From Octopus sinensis (Eukaryota): a stretch of 64,000 nt of DNA. Below the pieces are notes generated by a model. It was not told the DNA's origin and did not search any database. It saw only the letters and a program-made list of their open reading frames with translations. The translations under genes and the position numbers were made by a program. The stretch spans positions 219,415 to 283,414 of the forward strand of contig NW_021836179.1 in assembly GCF_006345805.1 (NCBI RefSeq). The letters run 5' to 3'. Of this stretch, positions 47,861 to 59,965 are shown piece after piece; positions within the stretch are counted from its first letter, which is position 1, and every line of letters starts with the position of its first letter.

Positions 47861-48675
47861 AGGCGGCGAGCTGGCAGAATCGTTAGCACGCCGGGCGAAA
47901 TGCGTAGACGTATTTCGTCTGCCATAACGTTGCGAGTTCCAATTCCGCCGAGGTCGACTTTGACTTTCATCCTTTCGGGGTCGATAAATTAAGTACCAGC
48001 TATACACTGAGGTCGATGTAATCAACTTAATCCCTTTGTCCTTGTTTGTTCCCCCTATGTTTAGCCCCTTGTGGGCAATAAAGAAACAGGTATACTTATT
48101 AGATATTACAAACTCATCCCCTCACACATGAACTATTGTTTTTGAACTTTTAGAACGACCTGCTGTGCTTACCTTGGATCGTAGGGTGACCTGCTGTGTT
48201 TGAGGAGACCTATTGAGTCAAGTACATCAATATCGAAATAAACATCAAATGGAAATAGCAGTTGTGATACCTGTGCCGGTGGCACGTAAAAAGCAGCACC
48301 CAAACGTGGCCGATGCCAGCGCAGCCTTGACTGACTTCTGTGCCAGTGGCACGTAAAAAGCACCAACCGAACGTGGCCGGTGGCACGTAAAAAGCACCAC
48401 CCAAACGTGGCCGATGCCAGCGCAGCCTTGACTGACCTCTGTGCCAGTTGCACGTAAAAAGCACCAACCAATCGTGGCCACTGCCAGCCTCCCCTGGCAC
48501 CTGTGCCGGTGCCACGTAAAAAGCACCATCCAAACGTGGCCAATGCCAGCGCAGCCTTGACTGGCTTATGTGCCAGTGACACGTAAAAAGCACCAACCGA
48601 TTGTGGCCGCTGCCAGTCTCCCCCGGCACGTAAAATGCACCCACTACACTCACGGAGTGGTTGGCGTCAAGTGCT
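47861..48675 (+). mobile_element. S1 SINE followed by an RTE-type 3' UTR
   Basis: Paralog of 36687-37425 with a different internal repeat arrangement. Confidence 0.75.
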
Positions 48676-49328
48676 CCCAATTACCATTTTACCAGACAGC
48701 TATGTTTCTAACTCTGTTGTCATAACAAATGAAAAGTAGGAGAGAGGGACATCTCTGGGCAAACTTGTTCAAGCGCTGGTTTTCACTAAAATACAGTCAA
48801 CAACATTGACTGATTTGTGCCAATAGACAGAAAAGTATGCTCTTAAAATAAATTATCTTTCACTGAACATTTTTAACCCTTTCGTTACTATATTTCTGAT
48901 CAAAATATACCCCTCACGAATTTCAATTAAATTTTAAAATAATCATGAATTTAGACTAGTTTCATTAAACAACTGTAACTTTTTTACTTATCAACATATG
49001 ATATTTGGAACATAATTAAAGAAAGGGTTCTTAATCGATTATATTGCATAACTTTTGTCTCAAAGTGACTCTAATTACAGGTAAACTGAGCAAAAGGTAA
49101 AAATATTAAAACTTTGTTTAAACATCACCAAGGAAAATGAATCATCAGCTAATATTTAATTTAACAAAGCTAGAATACATTTCTCGTTATAATGTATGGG
49201 TCCCTCAGAAACTCTCAGAAAAGAACTGCTTGAACCAGTATTCCGTTTGTGATATGCTTCTGAAAGGGAATGAAAGTATTCCTAATCTGGACCCTTAAAA
49301 ACATATCTCTTCAAAGTTTATAATTTAA

Positions 49329-49540
49329 CCCTTTTGTTACTGTATTTCTGTTGAGATGCTCTGTGTTTCTTTCAATCCCTTTAAATATAAACAAAGAATT
49401 TAGCAAAATAACTTCGTTATCATTAAGCTAGTGTTAGGAACATAAATTGTGATAAAGGTTTGGTGGAAGATTTGAATTCAAAACTTATGAAAACAAGACA
49501 TTTGTACTACAGAGCCAGAGACGGTTTGGTAATGAAAGGG
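49329..49540. mobile_element. piggyBac-type MITE, 212 bp, TTAA target sites
   Basis: Paralog of 38086-38265 retaining segments deleted there. Confidence 0.75.
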
Positions 49541-49778
49541 TTAAACAAAATAACAAACAATCAGTCTGGGGTGGGGCACTAAACTATACTTAAGCCTCAT
49601 GTTCTTCCTTTGGGGTCTCTTCTGTTTTGTACTTGGGGGTCATTGTTTCTGTACATATTTGACAACTTTACAAGATTCCTGTGCATGAAAAAGACATAAC
49701 TTATGTTATTGAATAAAATATTTATTGAGTGAAGAATTTAAAACATTATAAACAATAAAGAAAGAAAAGAGGTGAAAA

Positions 49779-51131
49779 TTACAAAAACAAAAGATCCTCG
49801 CTTTTTCCTTTCTCTCTTCTATGGATAGATTTGTGTCTGGTCAATTTACTATTTTCAGAGAATGATCTACCACAGATATCACAATGATACGGCTTCTCTC
49901 CTGTGTGAATACGTTTGTGTCCAGTTAAGTGAATACTTTGAGAGAATGATTTACCACAGATATCACAAGGAAATGGTCTCTCACCTGTATGAATACGTCT
50001 GTGCTGTGTTAGGTTACTATTATTAGAGAATGATTTACCACAGGTATCACAAGGAAACGGTTTCTCACCTGTATGAATACGTATGTGTTCGGTTAAGTGA
50101 TTGCTTTGTGAGAATGATTTACCACAGATATCACACTGAAATGGTCTCTTTCCTGTATGAATAGATTTGTGTGTAGTTAAGACACTATTATGGGAGAATG
50201 ATTTACCACAGATATCACACTGATATGGTTTCTCTCCTGTATGAATAGATTTGTGTTTAGTTAAGTGAATACTTTGAGAGAACACTTTACCACAGATATC
50301 ACAATGGTATGGTCTCTCCCCTGTGTGGACACGTTTGTGTTGTGTTAAGTTAGTATTCTGAAAGAATGATTTACCACAGAAGTCACACTGATATGGCTTC
50401 TCCCCTGTATGAATGTAATAGTGTTTTGTTAATGCAATATTTTCAGAGAAAGATTTACCACAGATATCACAATGATATGGTGTCTCTCCTGTATGAATAC
50501 GTTTGTGTATAACTAAGGTACTATTTGCAGAAAATGATTTACCACAGACATCACAGTGATATGGTTTCTCTCCTGTATGAATACGTCTGTGTTTTGTTAA
50601 TTGACTACTTTGAGAGAATGATTTACCACAGATATCACAGTGATATGGTTTCTCTCCTGTATGAACACGTTTGTGCATAGCTAAGGCACTACTATGGGAG
50701 TATGATATACCACAGATATCACAATGATATGGCTTTTCCCCTGTATGAATACGATTGTGCTTTGTTAAGGCAGTATTTTCAGAGAATGATTTACCACAGA
50801 CATCACAATGAAATGGCTTTTCTCCTGTATGAACACGTTTGTGTGTAGATAAGTGAGCACTTTGAGAGAATGATTTACCACAGACATCACACTGATATGG
50901 CTTTTCTCCTGTATGAATGCGTTTGTGTGTAGTTACGTGAACACTTTGAGAGAACGATTTACCACAGATGTCACAAGGATAGGGTTTCTCTCCTGTCTGA
51001 AAACGTTTTTGACTAAGTAGGTTACCTTTTTGAAGGAAGGACCTTGTACACATATCACTGTCATATGAACTCAACTCTTTTGTTATGGGTTCAGAGGAAA
51101 TCAATTCTACAATATTCTCTCTCTCATCCAT
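49779..51131 (-). CDS. ZNF-B': C2H2 zinc-finger protein, 450 aa, 14 intact fingers
   Basis: Colinear paralog of ZNF-B with acceptor, intron and promoter retained. Confidence 0.92.
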   Translation of the reverse strand: MDERENIVELISSEPITKELSSYDSDMCTRSFLQKGNLLSQKRFQTGEKPYPCDICGKSFSQSVHVTTHKRIHTGEKPYQCDVCGKSFSQSAHLSTHKRVHTGEKPFHCDVCGKSFSENTALTKHNRIHTGEKPYHCDICGISYSHSSALAMHKRVHTGEKPYHCDICGKSFSQSSQLTKHRRIHTGEKPYHCDVCGKSFSANSTLVIHKRIHTGETPYHCDICGKSFSENIALTKHYYIHTGEKPYQCDFCGKSFFQNTNLTQHKRVHTGERPYHCDICGKVFSQSIHLTKHKSIHTGEKPYQCDICGKSFSHNSVLTTHKSIHTGKRPFQCDICGKSFSQSNHLTEHIRIHTGEKPFPCDTCGKSFSNNSNLTQHRRIHTGERPFPCDICGKSFSQSIHLTGHKRIHTGEKPYHCDICGRSFSENSKLTRHKSIHRREKGKSEDLLFL

Positions 51132-51494
51132 TATTTATCCTCTCAAATTCCAGTTTATATATTCTTCTTGCTTTTGTTTGTATGCTTTATTTTTTACAAA
51201 TATTTCTTTGGCTGAATCTCTGTCCAGTGTTACCTTTCTTTAGCAACACTTCCATAAATTAAATCCAACTTCAATCAGCAAACAGGTTCCTCTTCTTCAC
51301 ACTCCAGTCAGGGAGGGTCACAAATTTCGCTGATAATATTATGTCAAAGCAAATGTTTCACAGGAATTCTTCCACGTATTCATAGAAACAATCGGATACA
51401 TCTGTTTCATGGAATAATTTCGTTTAGTCTTTAAAACACGGCAGATATTGAGGATGATTCTTCTGTTGTGTCAATGTCATCTGATGTTCTGAAA

Positions 51495-51950
51495 TAAAAA
51501 TAATAATAATAATAATAAATAATAATAATAATAATTGTGTACAGTGCTCAGGTGCACTACAACTCATCTAAAGTGTATATATAATCAGGTGTAGTTTCGG
51601 CGGATTTCGGAAAGCATGAGGGCCTTAAAAGATGCAGTGTCATGGCAGTCAACAACTGACGCAGGCAGTTTATTCCATGCTTCAGCAACTCTGAGCGTGA
51701 AAAAATGTTTCCAAAAGTCATGGGAGCTGTGTTGTTTCCTGACCTTGTAGGCATGTCCACGTGTGTTGGACACATGGAGATCAAAAAGGTATTCAGTGTT
51801 GTTGTTGGTGAGGTGGTTGATAACTTTGTGGGTGTTTACCAAGTCCGTCGCCAGACGCCGGAGCCTCAGTGAATCCATGCCCAGGGAAACAATGTGCTCA
51901 GAATATGGTAGGTGTCTGACGGAGGGTATGCGTTTGGTTGCACGTCTTTT
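51495..51950 (-). mobile_element. CR1/L2-like LINE 3' fragment inserted in the ZNF-B' splice acceptor tract
   Basis: LGMDSLRLRRLATDL...NTRGHAYKVRK...FFTLRVAEAWNKLP; (TTA)n tail abuts TTTCAG. Confidence 0.88.
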
Positions 51951-52524
51951 ATAAAGAAACAATAGCGTAAGATGTAGAGGCTACTTAAGAAATACGGATT
52001 AGTTTCTATTGAGATAAGCTGTAGAAATAGACATTTATCTTAACTGAGCTTTATGCCAACAGGGCAAACACGGAGAGTGCAGGAGCAGAGTTACTTAAAT
52101 AAAGAGGCCCAAACGCATCAAGACAAAGGGAAGATAATCTCGTTCTACAAAAACTCCTCACTTCACATGTGCAGCCCTTGTTTAAGTGGAAATCGATATA
52201 TTTCGGGTTACAACTGTTGCAAACGAACCCAAGAAGTTGCTAGATTTTTTTCAAAAGACCTGGTGTGTTACTTAGAAAAAACAAAGCATACTTTAAATGT
52301 ATGCTGTGTGGACGTGTAATGACATGTATTATTGAGAGAAAAAGAGAAAAGTTGATCACAAATATCACATTTTCGGCTAAAGTAAAGCGTGTGCACACCG
52401 CCTGACCCTAATCCCAAAAACTAAACCTAACGAACGGACACTGTAAAAATATCAGATTAGAAAACAAACGATATTGTGGGGGAAAAGATAGCAGTAGCAA
52501 TAGGCCATACCGTGAGACCCTTTA

Positions 52525-52860
52525 GGCGATCTTTCGGTATAAGTACCAATGTGGGTTATTTTTCATTTGTGAAGATAAAAGAAACCATTTTATCCCACCC
52601 CAAACCCAAACCCTGACCCCCATATCTAAAAAAAAAACTTTACGGAGAGTGACGATCTTCTTGAAATGTATCCGGTACTTATACCGAAAGATAGCCAAAT
52701 AATTTATTTACTTTGTTCGAAAAATATTATTTAATTTTCTTTGATATGGATTCAGCCTTGTAATACAAACATGCGCGCAAGTCCTTGTAGGATCGACTAC
52801 TTACGACTAGCTAGCGCGGATGCCCGAGTGCGCGCACCGGGGACCACTGTCCGCTAGTAG
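52525..52860. mobile_element. Variant fold-back MITE (inner IR 52525-52696 plus right outer IR ending ...CGCTAGTAG-TA)
   Basis: GGCGATCTTTCGGTATAAGTACC / GGTACTTATACCGAAAGATAGCC. Confidence 0.6.
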
Positions 52861-52964
52861 TACCACCCTTAAACATCATTAACAGTGATTTGGGTAAAAT
52901 TACAGTGCTCCCGCCCCACTCATATCCTTACGTAGATGCATCGGGACCGCTGCATTTAAGTAGG

Positions 52965-53630
52965 GCCGAAATATCAGCCAAATCCCGCATTAATCATAGA
53001 ATTTCTCATTCATTGCTAGAAATAGCAGCCAAATCACACACAGATCATAGAATCTCTCTTCCATAGCTAGAAATAGCAGCCAAATCACACACAGATCATA
53101 GAATCTCTCTTCCATAGCTAGAAATAGCAGCCAAATCACACACAGATCATAGAATCTCTCTTCCATAGCTAGAAATAGCAGCCAAATCACACACAGATCA
53201 TAGAATCTCTCTTCCATAGCTAGAAATAGCAGCCAAATCACACACAGATCATAGAATCTCTCTTCTATAGCTAGAAATAGCAGCCAAATCACACACAGAT
53301 CATAGAATCTCTCTTCCATAGCTAGAAATAGCAGCCAAATCACACACAGATCATAGAATCTCTCTTCCATAGCTAGAAATAGCAGCCAAATCACACACAG
53401 ATCATAGAATCTCTCTTCCATAGCTAGAAATAGCAGCCAAATCACACACAGATCAAAGAATCTCTCTTCCATAGCTAGAAATAGCAGCCAAATCACACAC
53501 AGATCATAGAATCTCTCTTCTATAGCTAGAAATAGCAGCCAAATCACACACAGATCATGGAATCTCTCTTCTATAGCTAGAAATAGCAGCCAAGTCCCGC
53601 ACAAATCAGGGACATCTCTCGTTCATAAAA
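52965..53630. repeat. 51-bp minisatellite, ~13 units, highly homogeneous
   Basis: Repeated GCTAGAAATAGCAGCCAAATCACACACAGATCATAGAATCTCTCTTCCATA. Confidence 0.95.
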
Positions 53631-53713
53631 ACACAAAAGTGAAACAAGGAATCGACGCGCCAAAAACCGAAAGTCTACAGAGTTGAAAAGATGGAATATT
53701 TTCATCGGTTAAT

Positions 53714-53887
53714 ACTTACGGAAATGTTTCATAAAGGATATATGTAATATATGTGTGTCTCTGGTGGTTGAGGAATAAATTTCAAGAGCCTATTATAATT
53801 ATTAGGAGCAGAGAAAGAAAAATACATGTGGAGAACACTTAACAAGACATTCAACGTGAAATAGGAAGTACTTCCAATGCGCATGCG
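53714..53887 (-). promoter_or_regulatory. Putative ZNF-B' promoter/exon 1: donor at 53719-53714, palindrome GGAAGTACTTCC (53864-53875), GCGCATGCG (53879-53887)
   Basis: Motif and donor are conserved although the exon body has diverged from A/A'. Confidence 0.6.
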
Positions 53888-53959
53888 TCTCATTAAGCTA
53901 TTTAGGGTAGCTAACTCATCTTCAAGCCCTTTCGGTTTTAGTGTATTCTACTCGTTAAT

Positions 53960-54955
53960 CATTTACTTGTTTCAGTCATTTGACTGCGGCCATACTGAAG
54001 CACCGCCTTTAGTCGAGCAAATCGACCCCGGGACTTATTCTTTGTAAGCCCAGTACTTATTCTATCGTTCTCCTTTTGCCGAATCGCTAAGAAACGGGGA
54101 CATAAACACACCAGCATCGGTTGTCAAGCAATGCTAGGGGGACAAACACACACGCACACATATATATATATATATACGACGGGCTTCTTTCAGTTTCCGT
54201 CTACCAAATCCACTCACAAGGCATTGATCGGCCTGGGGCTATAGCAGAAGACACTTGCCCAAGATGCCACGCAGTGGGACTGAACCCGGAACCATGTGGT
54301 TGGTTAGCAAGCTACTTACCAGACAGCCACTCCTACACCTAGTTAATTATATTTATGTCTGTTTGTGTGCGTATTAATATCTGTATTTCTTTATTGGTGT
54401 TATAAACCCAAACTCGAATATCAAAGTTTAAAAGGTTTTAATCGACTGAAAATACAGCAATATACAACACAAAGAAAGATTGCTAAATTGTAAGCAAAAC
54501 CAAACTTTACATTCCTTCACACTCGCCGTCTCTCACCAAACTGGATGTGCTCTAACGACGTATTCAGCTTTTTATCTCAGATACTAAACGAACCCACAGC
54601 CTAGAGAAACACAAAGAAGAGCAGCTTTGTTCATCTAACTGCTTCATCAGAAGCAAATTGAAACAGGGGAATTGTGGCCGTTGCCAGCCTCGCCTGGCCT
54701 CCGTGCTGGTGGCACGTAAAAAGCACCATCTGGTCGTGGCCGTTTGCCAGCTTCCCCTGGCACCTGTGCAGGTGGCACTTAAAGAGCACCCACTACACTC
54801 TCGGAGTGGTTGGCGTTAGGAAGGGCATCCAGCTGTAGAAACACTGCTAGATCAGACTGGAGCCTGGTGCAGCCTCCTGGCTTCCCAGACCCCAGTTGAA
54901 CCGTCCAACCCATGCTAGCATGGAGAACGGACGTTAAACGATGATGATGATGATG
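53960..54955. mobile_element. S2 SINE (-, 53960-54335) and RTE-type 3' end (+, 54665-54955)
   Basis: Family matches. Confidence 0.8.
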
Positions 54956-55813
54956 AATAAGAAGCAAGCTGAAATAAACAAGCAAACAGAGATCAAAGCC
55001 CAGCATCAACAAAGACCTTGGATGCAATTAATAAACGAGAAGCAATCAAACATACATATTTAGGTACATATAAAAACCAAGTCAGCAAGTTTCAGTGTTG
55101 AAGACATATTTATTTAACCACGTCACCTCCACACGATTTCACAATCTTCTTCATGGAGTATATATTTTCAGTATGCAAGAAATTGTGTTCGTGTTTCTAT
55201 TAATATTTCTGCTCAGCATTATCCAATACAATCGTATATTCATAGATTAATGGAAACTAAAAGGAAGCTTGTTCGTCAGATCACTGGAATATCTCTAGAC
55301 TTACTCTTTTGTTCAATGTGTATGTATGTGTGTAAAAATATGTAGAAACAAATATGCATGCTTGTACGTACACACACAACGAAAAGGGGGTTTCTGTTGA
55401 TCCGGCCAACAGAACAGCTCCCTTTTGAAATTAACGTGTAAGAGGCTGAGTACATCACAGGTAGGTACAGGGATGGCTTAACATGTTGACTACAGGGATG
55501 TACAAACGCTCTTTCACAAAAACCCAGTTACTCTAAAGAAGGTTATCTTCAGTCTTTGTATATGGTTATACAAATTATTTCATCAATAAAATTTTAAGAA
55601 ACAGCCAGTGTCCAGGTAAACTATGTGTATCCCAGGTAAGTGGTTACGAAAAGGGTTGGCATCAGTAACAATACCTCAAACAGGAACCCTGATGATTATG
55701 AATGTTGCCAAGGGCTCATTGGTTACTGTCAAGTCCACAAGGACAATCTATGATTAAGCAGGAAAAAGGGTTTCAAAATGTTGGTTGCTGTGTGATGTAA
55801 AGAAATAAGGGAG

Positions 55814-56626
55814 TCACATATTTGTATGGATAGATATGTGTTTAGTTAATTGACCTTTCTGAGAGAATGATTTACCACAGAAATCACAGCAAAATGGTTT
55901 CTCTCCCGTATGAATACGTTTGTGAGAAGTTAAATTACAGTTTGCAGAGAATGATCTGCCACAGATATCACACTGAAATGGCTTCTCTCCTGTATGAATA
56001 CAATTGTGAATAATGAAGTTGCTTCCATCAGAAAATGATTTGCCACAAATATCACAGTGATATAGCTTCTCCCCTGTATGACTGCGTTTGTGTTTAGTTA
56101 AATTACCACTTGAAGAGAATGATTTACCACAGATATCACAATGATATGGTAATTCTCCTGTATGAGTACGTTTGTGCATAGTTAAATTACAGCCTTGAGA
56201 GAATGATTTACCACAGATATCACAGTGAAATGGCCTCTCTCCTGTGTGAGTACGTTTGTGAGTAATTAAGGTATTGTTATCAAGTGATGTTTTACCACAG
56301 ATATCACAGTGATATGGTTTCTCTCCTAGGTGAATACACCTGTAATTAGTTAAATTACAGCTTGTAGAGAATGATTCACCAGAGATATTACAGTGAAATG
56401 TTATTTCTCCTGTGTAAGTTTTTGAGTAATTAAGGCACTTCAATCAAAACATTGATTTACCATAAATATCACAGTGAAATGGTCTCCCTCTCGTATGAAT
56501 ACAGTTAATTCGCAACTTCTTGAGAACGATTTTCCACAAATGGTACACTCGTATGGTTTCTATCCAGTATGAATCTGTTTGTAATTGATGAAGGTATTTC
56601 TCCCAGAGAATGATTTACCACAAATA
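55814..56626 (-). pseudogene. Stranded C-terminal part of the ZNF-C array: ~4 decayed fingers then 6 intact fingers ending KHISIHTNM
   Basis: Frame 55814-56443 starts at TTG, not ATG; 56443-56626 has finger remnants with a TAG and indels; the C-terminus resembles ZNF1 (THISIHTKV). Confidence 0.75.
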
Positions 56627-58177
56627 TCAGACATATGGGTTCTCTCCTCTATGACAGCACGTGTGTTTAGCTAAGCCACTGCATGCAGTGAATGATTTAC
56701 CACAGACATCACAGTGATATGGTTTCTCCCCTGTATGACTGCGTTTGTGTGTAGTTAATACAATATTTTGAGAGAATGATTTACCACAGACATCACAATG
56801 ATATGGCTTCTCCCCTGTATGACTGCGTTTGTGTAGAGTTAAAGTACCATTTGCAGAGAAGGATTTACCACAAATATCACAGTGAAATGGTTTCTCTCCT
56901 GTATGAACACGTCTGTGTTTGGTTAAATTACTGCTTGTAATGAATGATTTACCACAGATTTCACAGCCAAATGGTTTCTCTCCTGTATGAGTTCGTCTGT
57001 GTTTGGTTAAATTACTGCTTGAAGAGAATAATTTACCACAGATATTACAGTGAAATGGCTTGACCCCTGTATGACTTCGTTTGTGCTTAGCTAAATTACC
57101 GCTTGCAGAAAAGGATTTGCCACAGATATCACACTGATATGGCATGTTTCCTGAATGAATACGTTCGTGTCTAGTTCTGTCACTATTTATAGAAAATGAT
57201 TTACCACAGATATCACAATGGAACGGTTTCTCTCCTGTATGAAAACGTTTGTGTGTAGATAAGTTAGCACTTTGAGAGAATGATTTACCACAAATATTAC
57301 AGGGAAATGGCTTCTCCCCTGTATGGACGCGTTTGTGCTGAGTTAAGGTACTGTTTGCAGAGAATGATTTACCACAGACATCACAATGAAATGGCTTCTC
57401 TCCTGTATGAATATGCTTGTGTTTAGTTAAGTTGCCACTTGCAGAGAATGATTTACCACAAATTTCACAGTGAAATGGCTTCTCTCCTGTATGAGTATGT
57501 TTGTGTTTAGTTAAGTCGCCACTTGCAGAGAATGGTCTGCCACAGATATTACAGTGGAACGGTGTGTTTCCCGAATGAATACGTTCATGTTGAGTTCTAC
57601 TACTACTATTTCTAGAGAATGCTTTACCGCAGATTTCACAGTGAAATGGTCTTTCACCTGTATGAACACGTTTATGTTTAGTTACGTGATTGTTTTGAGA
57701 GAATGATTTACCACAGATATCACACTGAAATGGCTTCTCCCCTGTATGAATACGATTGTGTTTTGTTAATGCAATATTTTGAGAGAATGATTTACCACAG
57801 ACATCACAATGATATGGCTTCTCCCCTGTATGACTGCGTTTGTGTTTAGTTAAAGTACCATTTGCAGAGAAGGATTTACCACAAATATCACAGTGAAATG
57901 GTTTCTCTCCTGTATGAACACGTTTGTGTTTAGTTAATACAATATTTTGAGAGAATGATTTACCACAGATATCACAATGATATGGCTTCTCTCCTGTATG
58001 AATACGCTTGTGATTAGTTAAATTACCATTTTCAGAGAATGATTTGCCACAGATATCACAGTGAAATGGTTTTTCTCCTGTATGAATACACTTGTGTTTA
58101 GTTAAGTCCAATCTCTGAGAGATTGCTTTACCACAGATATCACAATGATATAATGATTTTCCCATATTGTTCGACAT
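56627..58177 (-). CDS. ZNF-C: C2H2 zinc-finger protein, 516 aa, 18 fingers, ended by a frameshift-generated stop
   Basis: TGEKP-linked array; acceptor at 58557 of the same type as ZNF1. Confidence 0.9.
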   Translation of the reverse strand: MSNNMGKSLYHCDICGKAISQRLDLTKHKCIHTGEKPFHCDICGKSFSENGNLTNHKRIHTGEKPYHCDICGKSFSQNIVLTKHKRVHTGEKPFHCDICGKSFSANGTLTKHKRSHTGEKPYHCDVCGKSFSQNIALTKHNRIHTGEKPFQCDICGKSFSQNNHVTKHKRVHTGERPFHCEICGKAFSRNSSSRTQHERIHSGNTPFHCNICGRPFSASGDLTKHKHTHTGEKPFHCEICGKSFSASGNLTKHKHIHTGEKPFHCDVCGKSFSANSTLTQHKRVHTGEKPFPCNICGKSFSQSANLSTHKRFHTGEKPFHCDICGKSFSINSDRTRHERIHSGNMPYQCDICGKSFSASGNLAKHKRSHTGVKPFHCNICGKLFSSSSNLTKHRRTHTGEKPFGCEICGKSFITSSNLTKHRRVHTGEKPFHCDICGKSFSANGTLTLHKRSHTGEKPYHCDVCGKSFSQNIVLTTHKRSHTGEKPYHCDVCGKSFTACSGLAKHTCCHRGENPYV

Positions 58178-58763
58178 CTTTTAGATGGATGAAAATAGAC
58201 CCAATCCTTGGCCTTTCTCACCAAATTAAAGTTTTACTCCTATCTTTATCCTTCTTTTTATAGCTTATTCCTTACAAATATTTCCACTGCAAACTTCACT
58301 GATATCTAAAGATGCTATAAATTAGAAAGTCATCAAAGAGTAACGAGAATGCAAAGCATCAGCTAATGAAATAGAAAAATGTTGCTATTAATCTCAGTTC
58401 TGAGCAAACATTTCATAGAATTTCTACCAAAGATTTATAGAAATAGGCTTAGATGCGTTCTGTGTAAACTTTTCCTCAAGACTTTAAAAGATGAAAAATG
58501 TTGAAGATGTATTCATTATAAAAGAAATTTCTTTGATGCCAATGTCATCCGTAAATCTGAAATAATAAAGAAACAGAATTAGATAGAGAGGAAAGATCAA
58601 AAGAGAAATGTTACAATATTTCTTTATTAATTAACAAATGACATCATATAACATTGGGTGTAATCTACATATTTGTAAACTATAGCTACACCTTCAAATT
58701 GTGTGAAGAGCTGATCTCTAACTATGGAGGGGATCTGTGGGATAGGTATATATATATATTTGT

Positions 58764-58855
58764 ACATATTCTAAAATTGGAATGACATACAGAAGATTAG
58801 CATGGCCCCCTGCACAAGGATGACATGCAAATTCGCGAAGAGCTCCATATTTTTT
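58764..58855 (+). pseudogene. U6: U6 snRNA pseudogene lacking the 5' stem-loop
   Basis: ACATATTCTAAAATTGGAA...AGAAGATTAGCATGGCCCCCTGCACAAGGATGACATGCAAATTCGCGAAGAGCTCCATATTTTTT aligns to U6 with several substitutions; the ACAGAGA box is altered. Confidence 0.9.
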
Positions 58856-59033
58856 CACAGGCGGTGCCCCAGCATGGCCGCAGCCTTAAGGCTGGATCAT
58901 ATAAAAGAGTAAGGGAGATTTGGCTGTTGTTTCTAGCACATCATAACACTACCCTCCTCTTTTACTTCTAACTTTCGCATATATTTATTAAATCTTTTCG
59001 GTTTGAACGGCAGTTTTTTAAATATTTTCCACG

Positions 59034-59440
59034 GCGCAGGAGTGGCTGTGTGGTAAGTAGCTTGCCTACCAACCACATGGTTCCGGGTTCAGTCCCACTG
59101 CGTGGCATCTTGGGCTAGTGTCTTCTGCTATAGCCCCGGGCCGACCAATGCTTTGTGAGTGGATTTGGTAGACGGAAACTGAAAGAAGCCTGTCGTATAT
59201 ATGTATATATATATATGTATGTTTGTGTGTCTGTGTTTGTCCCCCTAGCATTGCTTGACAACCGATGCTGGTGTGTTTACGTCCCCGTCACTAAGCGGTT
59301 CGGCAAAAGAGACCGATAGAATAAGTACTGGGCTTACAAAAGAATAAGTCCCGGGGTCGAGTTGCTCGACTAAAGGCGGTGCTCCAGCATGGCCGCAGTC
59401 AAATGACTGAAACAAGTAAAAGAGTAAAAGGGTAAAAGAG
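59034..59440 (+). mobile_element. S2 SINE, full length
   Basis: Head and tail match. Confidence 0.88.
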
Positions 59441-59731
59441 TAACTAAACACTTTTAAACTTCGTATACTGGTAGAATATGTTTATAAAACATCTTCTTCT
59501 CTTGGCTTTATTGAGAAAATTCTATAGTTTGTAAGATATTTGTTGTTGTTTTTTCTTCAATTTCAACCAATCACTGACGTCTATTGAGGTAAAAAAAAAA
59601 AACACTCTCCAAGAGTCCTTATCATTTATAAACTATCTTGCCTCTCTCACACCCAACACCTCAAACTCCTTGGCTAAAGAAAGTTATGACCAAAGATATT
59701 ATTGTAAATTTCTAAAAGCCACTGTGTATAT

Positions 59732-59932
59732 CAGTGCTTTTCAAACTTTTTGCTGGAGGGGAACCCCAAGGAAACATTCCACTGGCTCGAGGAACCCCTG
59801 TGCAATAATTTAATAGTCTTATGCACACATATCTGCACAGGAGAATTAAAAATTACTGCCGATTTTAGCAGTTTTGTAACTTCTTGCGGAACCCCTGGAC
59901 TGTACTGGCGGAACCCTGGTTGAAAACCACTG
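59732..59932. mobile_element. hAT (Charlie-like) MITE with perfect 8-bp target duplication GTGTATAT
   Basis: TIRs CAGTGCTTTCAAAC / GGTTGAAAACCACTG; GTGTATAT at 59724-59731 and 59933-59940. Confidence 0.88.
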
Positions 59933-59965
59933 GTGTATATAGATAAACAAGACTTGCTTGGAGAC

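Noticed and set aside
33737-53604. 51-bp arrays as CRISPR-like repeat-spacer arrays or as 17-aa repeat proteins
   Set aside because: The 31-nt parts are near-copies of each other rather than unique spacers, no cas genes are present and the DNA is eukaryotic; the ORFs are by-products of the repeat.
58764-58855. Functional U6 snRNA gene
   Set aside because: The 5' stem-loop is missing, the ACAGAGA box is altered and no upstream promoter elements are recognisable.
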